Source: the human T2T-CHM13v2.0 reference genome, Homo sapiens. Taken from it: a stretch of DNA of 64,000 nt. Every line of letters begins with the position of its first letter. Position 1 is the first letter of the stretch. Of the stretch, positions 62,905 through 64,000 are shown in pieces. The stretch lies in the NCBI RefSeq assembly GCF_009914755.1, contig NC_060930.1; one strand, written 5' to 3'. The notes below the pieces were generated by a model, which made no database searches, was not told the DNA's origin, and worked only from the letters and a program-made list of their open reading frames with translations. Position numbers and translations under genes: made by a program.

Positions 62905-63363
62905 CTAGCAGAACTCAATAAGCATCCAGTAGATCCATCAACAACGAACCAACCACCACCTACAGGGCCTTCAACTTCCGCTGGCTTCAGTCAATGATTA
63001 AGCCACAGCTGCCCATTCCTGGCAGACAAAATGAAATAGTTAATCTATCTAGCTAAGAAGTGCTGCACTTCACAGAATATAAAGAGGCTAAACCCTCCTT
63101 TCCTAGCACTACGGCCCTCCTCTTCCCTACCTTAGCTCACCAGCATGGACTTGATCTTGGTCTAAATGATGCTGTTGTCCATCACACTTCCAGGAACAAG
63201 TATGACAAAAGCATTGGCCAGAACCAATGAAAAGATTCCTTTTGGAGTACTTAAGTCATTTAGCCTTGCTTGTGAAATTATTCTGAAATGAGGCAGGTGG
63301 AAGTTCAGCAGCAGTCATGCCAAAATCAAAGTCAAGTATGACATTCAGATATAATACTGAATG

Positions 63364-63670
63364 GGCTGGGCATGATGCCTCACACCTGTATTCTCAGCAC
63401 TTTGGAAGGCGGAGGCAGACAGATCACTTGAGTTCAGGAGTGTGAGACCAGCCTGGACAACATGGTGAAACCCCATCTCTACTAAAAATACAAAAATTAG
63501 CTGGGCATGGTGGCAGGTGCCTATAATCCCAGCTACTTGGGAGCCTAGGCAGGAGAATCACTCCACCGGAGGTGGAGGTTGCAGTGAGCTGAGATCTCAC
63601 CACTGCACTCGAGCCTGGGCAACAGAGTGAGACTCCATCTGAAATAAATAAATAAATTTTTCAAAAAGAG
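63364..63670 (+). mobile_element. AluS-type element
   Basis: Full dimer with (TAAA)n tail; TSD ATAATACTGAATG at 63351-63363 and 63671-63683. Confidence 0.95.
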
Positions 63671-64000
63671 ATAATACTGAATGATGAGAGGCGCCTATAT
63701 GGAAGCCTGATGATATTCACAAGCAACCAATAGAAAGGCAGCAGTTTATTTGCCACTATTAACATCACTGATGGTGTTGCACCCTTAATATAGATGAATA
63801 TGGATAAAAGTTCTGGAAAAAGTGCTAGTCTGCTTGCTTTCTTAGGACCTGAGCCATTCATCCCCCAGTCATGCTAAAGTGAGTATTTGAATGGTCTTTT
63901 AAAGAAAGGCTTTCTAGGGCTAGAAAACTGTGCTGGTAGCTTCCTCTGCAGGCCTTAACCACTTTATCAGCCCATCTGGCACTTCTATAACACTCACTGG

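Overview
Primate (human-like) genomic DNA, intergenic or deep-intronic, and by eye more than half transposon-derived. I could not recognise any host protein-coding exon, RNA gene or CpG-island promoter. Every long ORF in the track is a broken LINE-1 ORF1/ORF2 piece or an Alu/LTR/microsatellite artefact. Main contents: (1) a full-length L1PA4-like element (+, 12.1-18.3 kb); (2) a full-length L1PA7/8-like element (-, 25.2-31.7 kb) inside a MER77-like LTR; (3) an older full-length L1PA15/16-like element (-, 33.2-43.2 kb) hosting an Alu, a complete THE1D provirus and an LTR12-type solo LTR; (4) a rearranged MLT1E-like provirus (49.3-51.8 kb); (5) a 5'-inverted L1PA5-like insertion (53.4-56.2 kb); plus about 15 Alus, MIR/L2 relics and several MER DNA transposons. 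The most notable structures are a twin-primed L1 that also carries a 141-bp 3' transduction, an array of about six ~270-bp monomers in the old L1 5'UTR, a fold-back inverted Alu end, nested and stacked Alus, and two diverged local duplications. Subfamily names come from recalled diagnostic motifs, not from a database search. I found no evidence for a new protein-based system.
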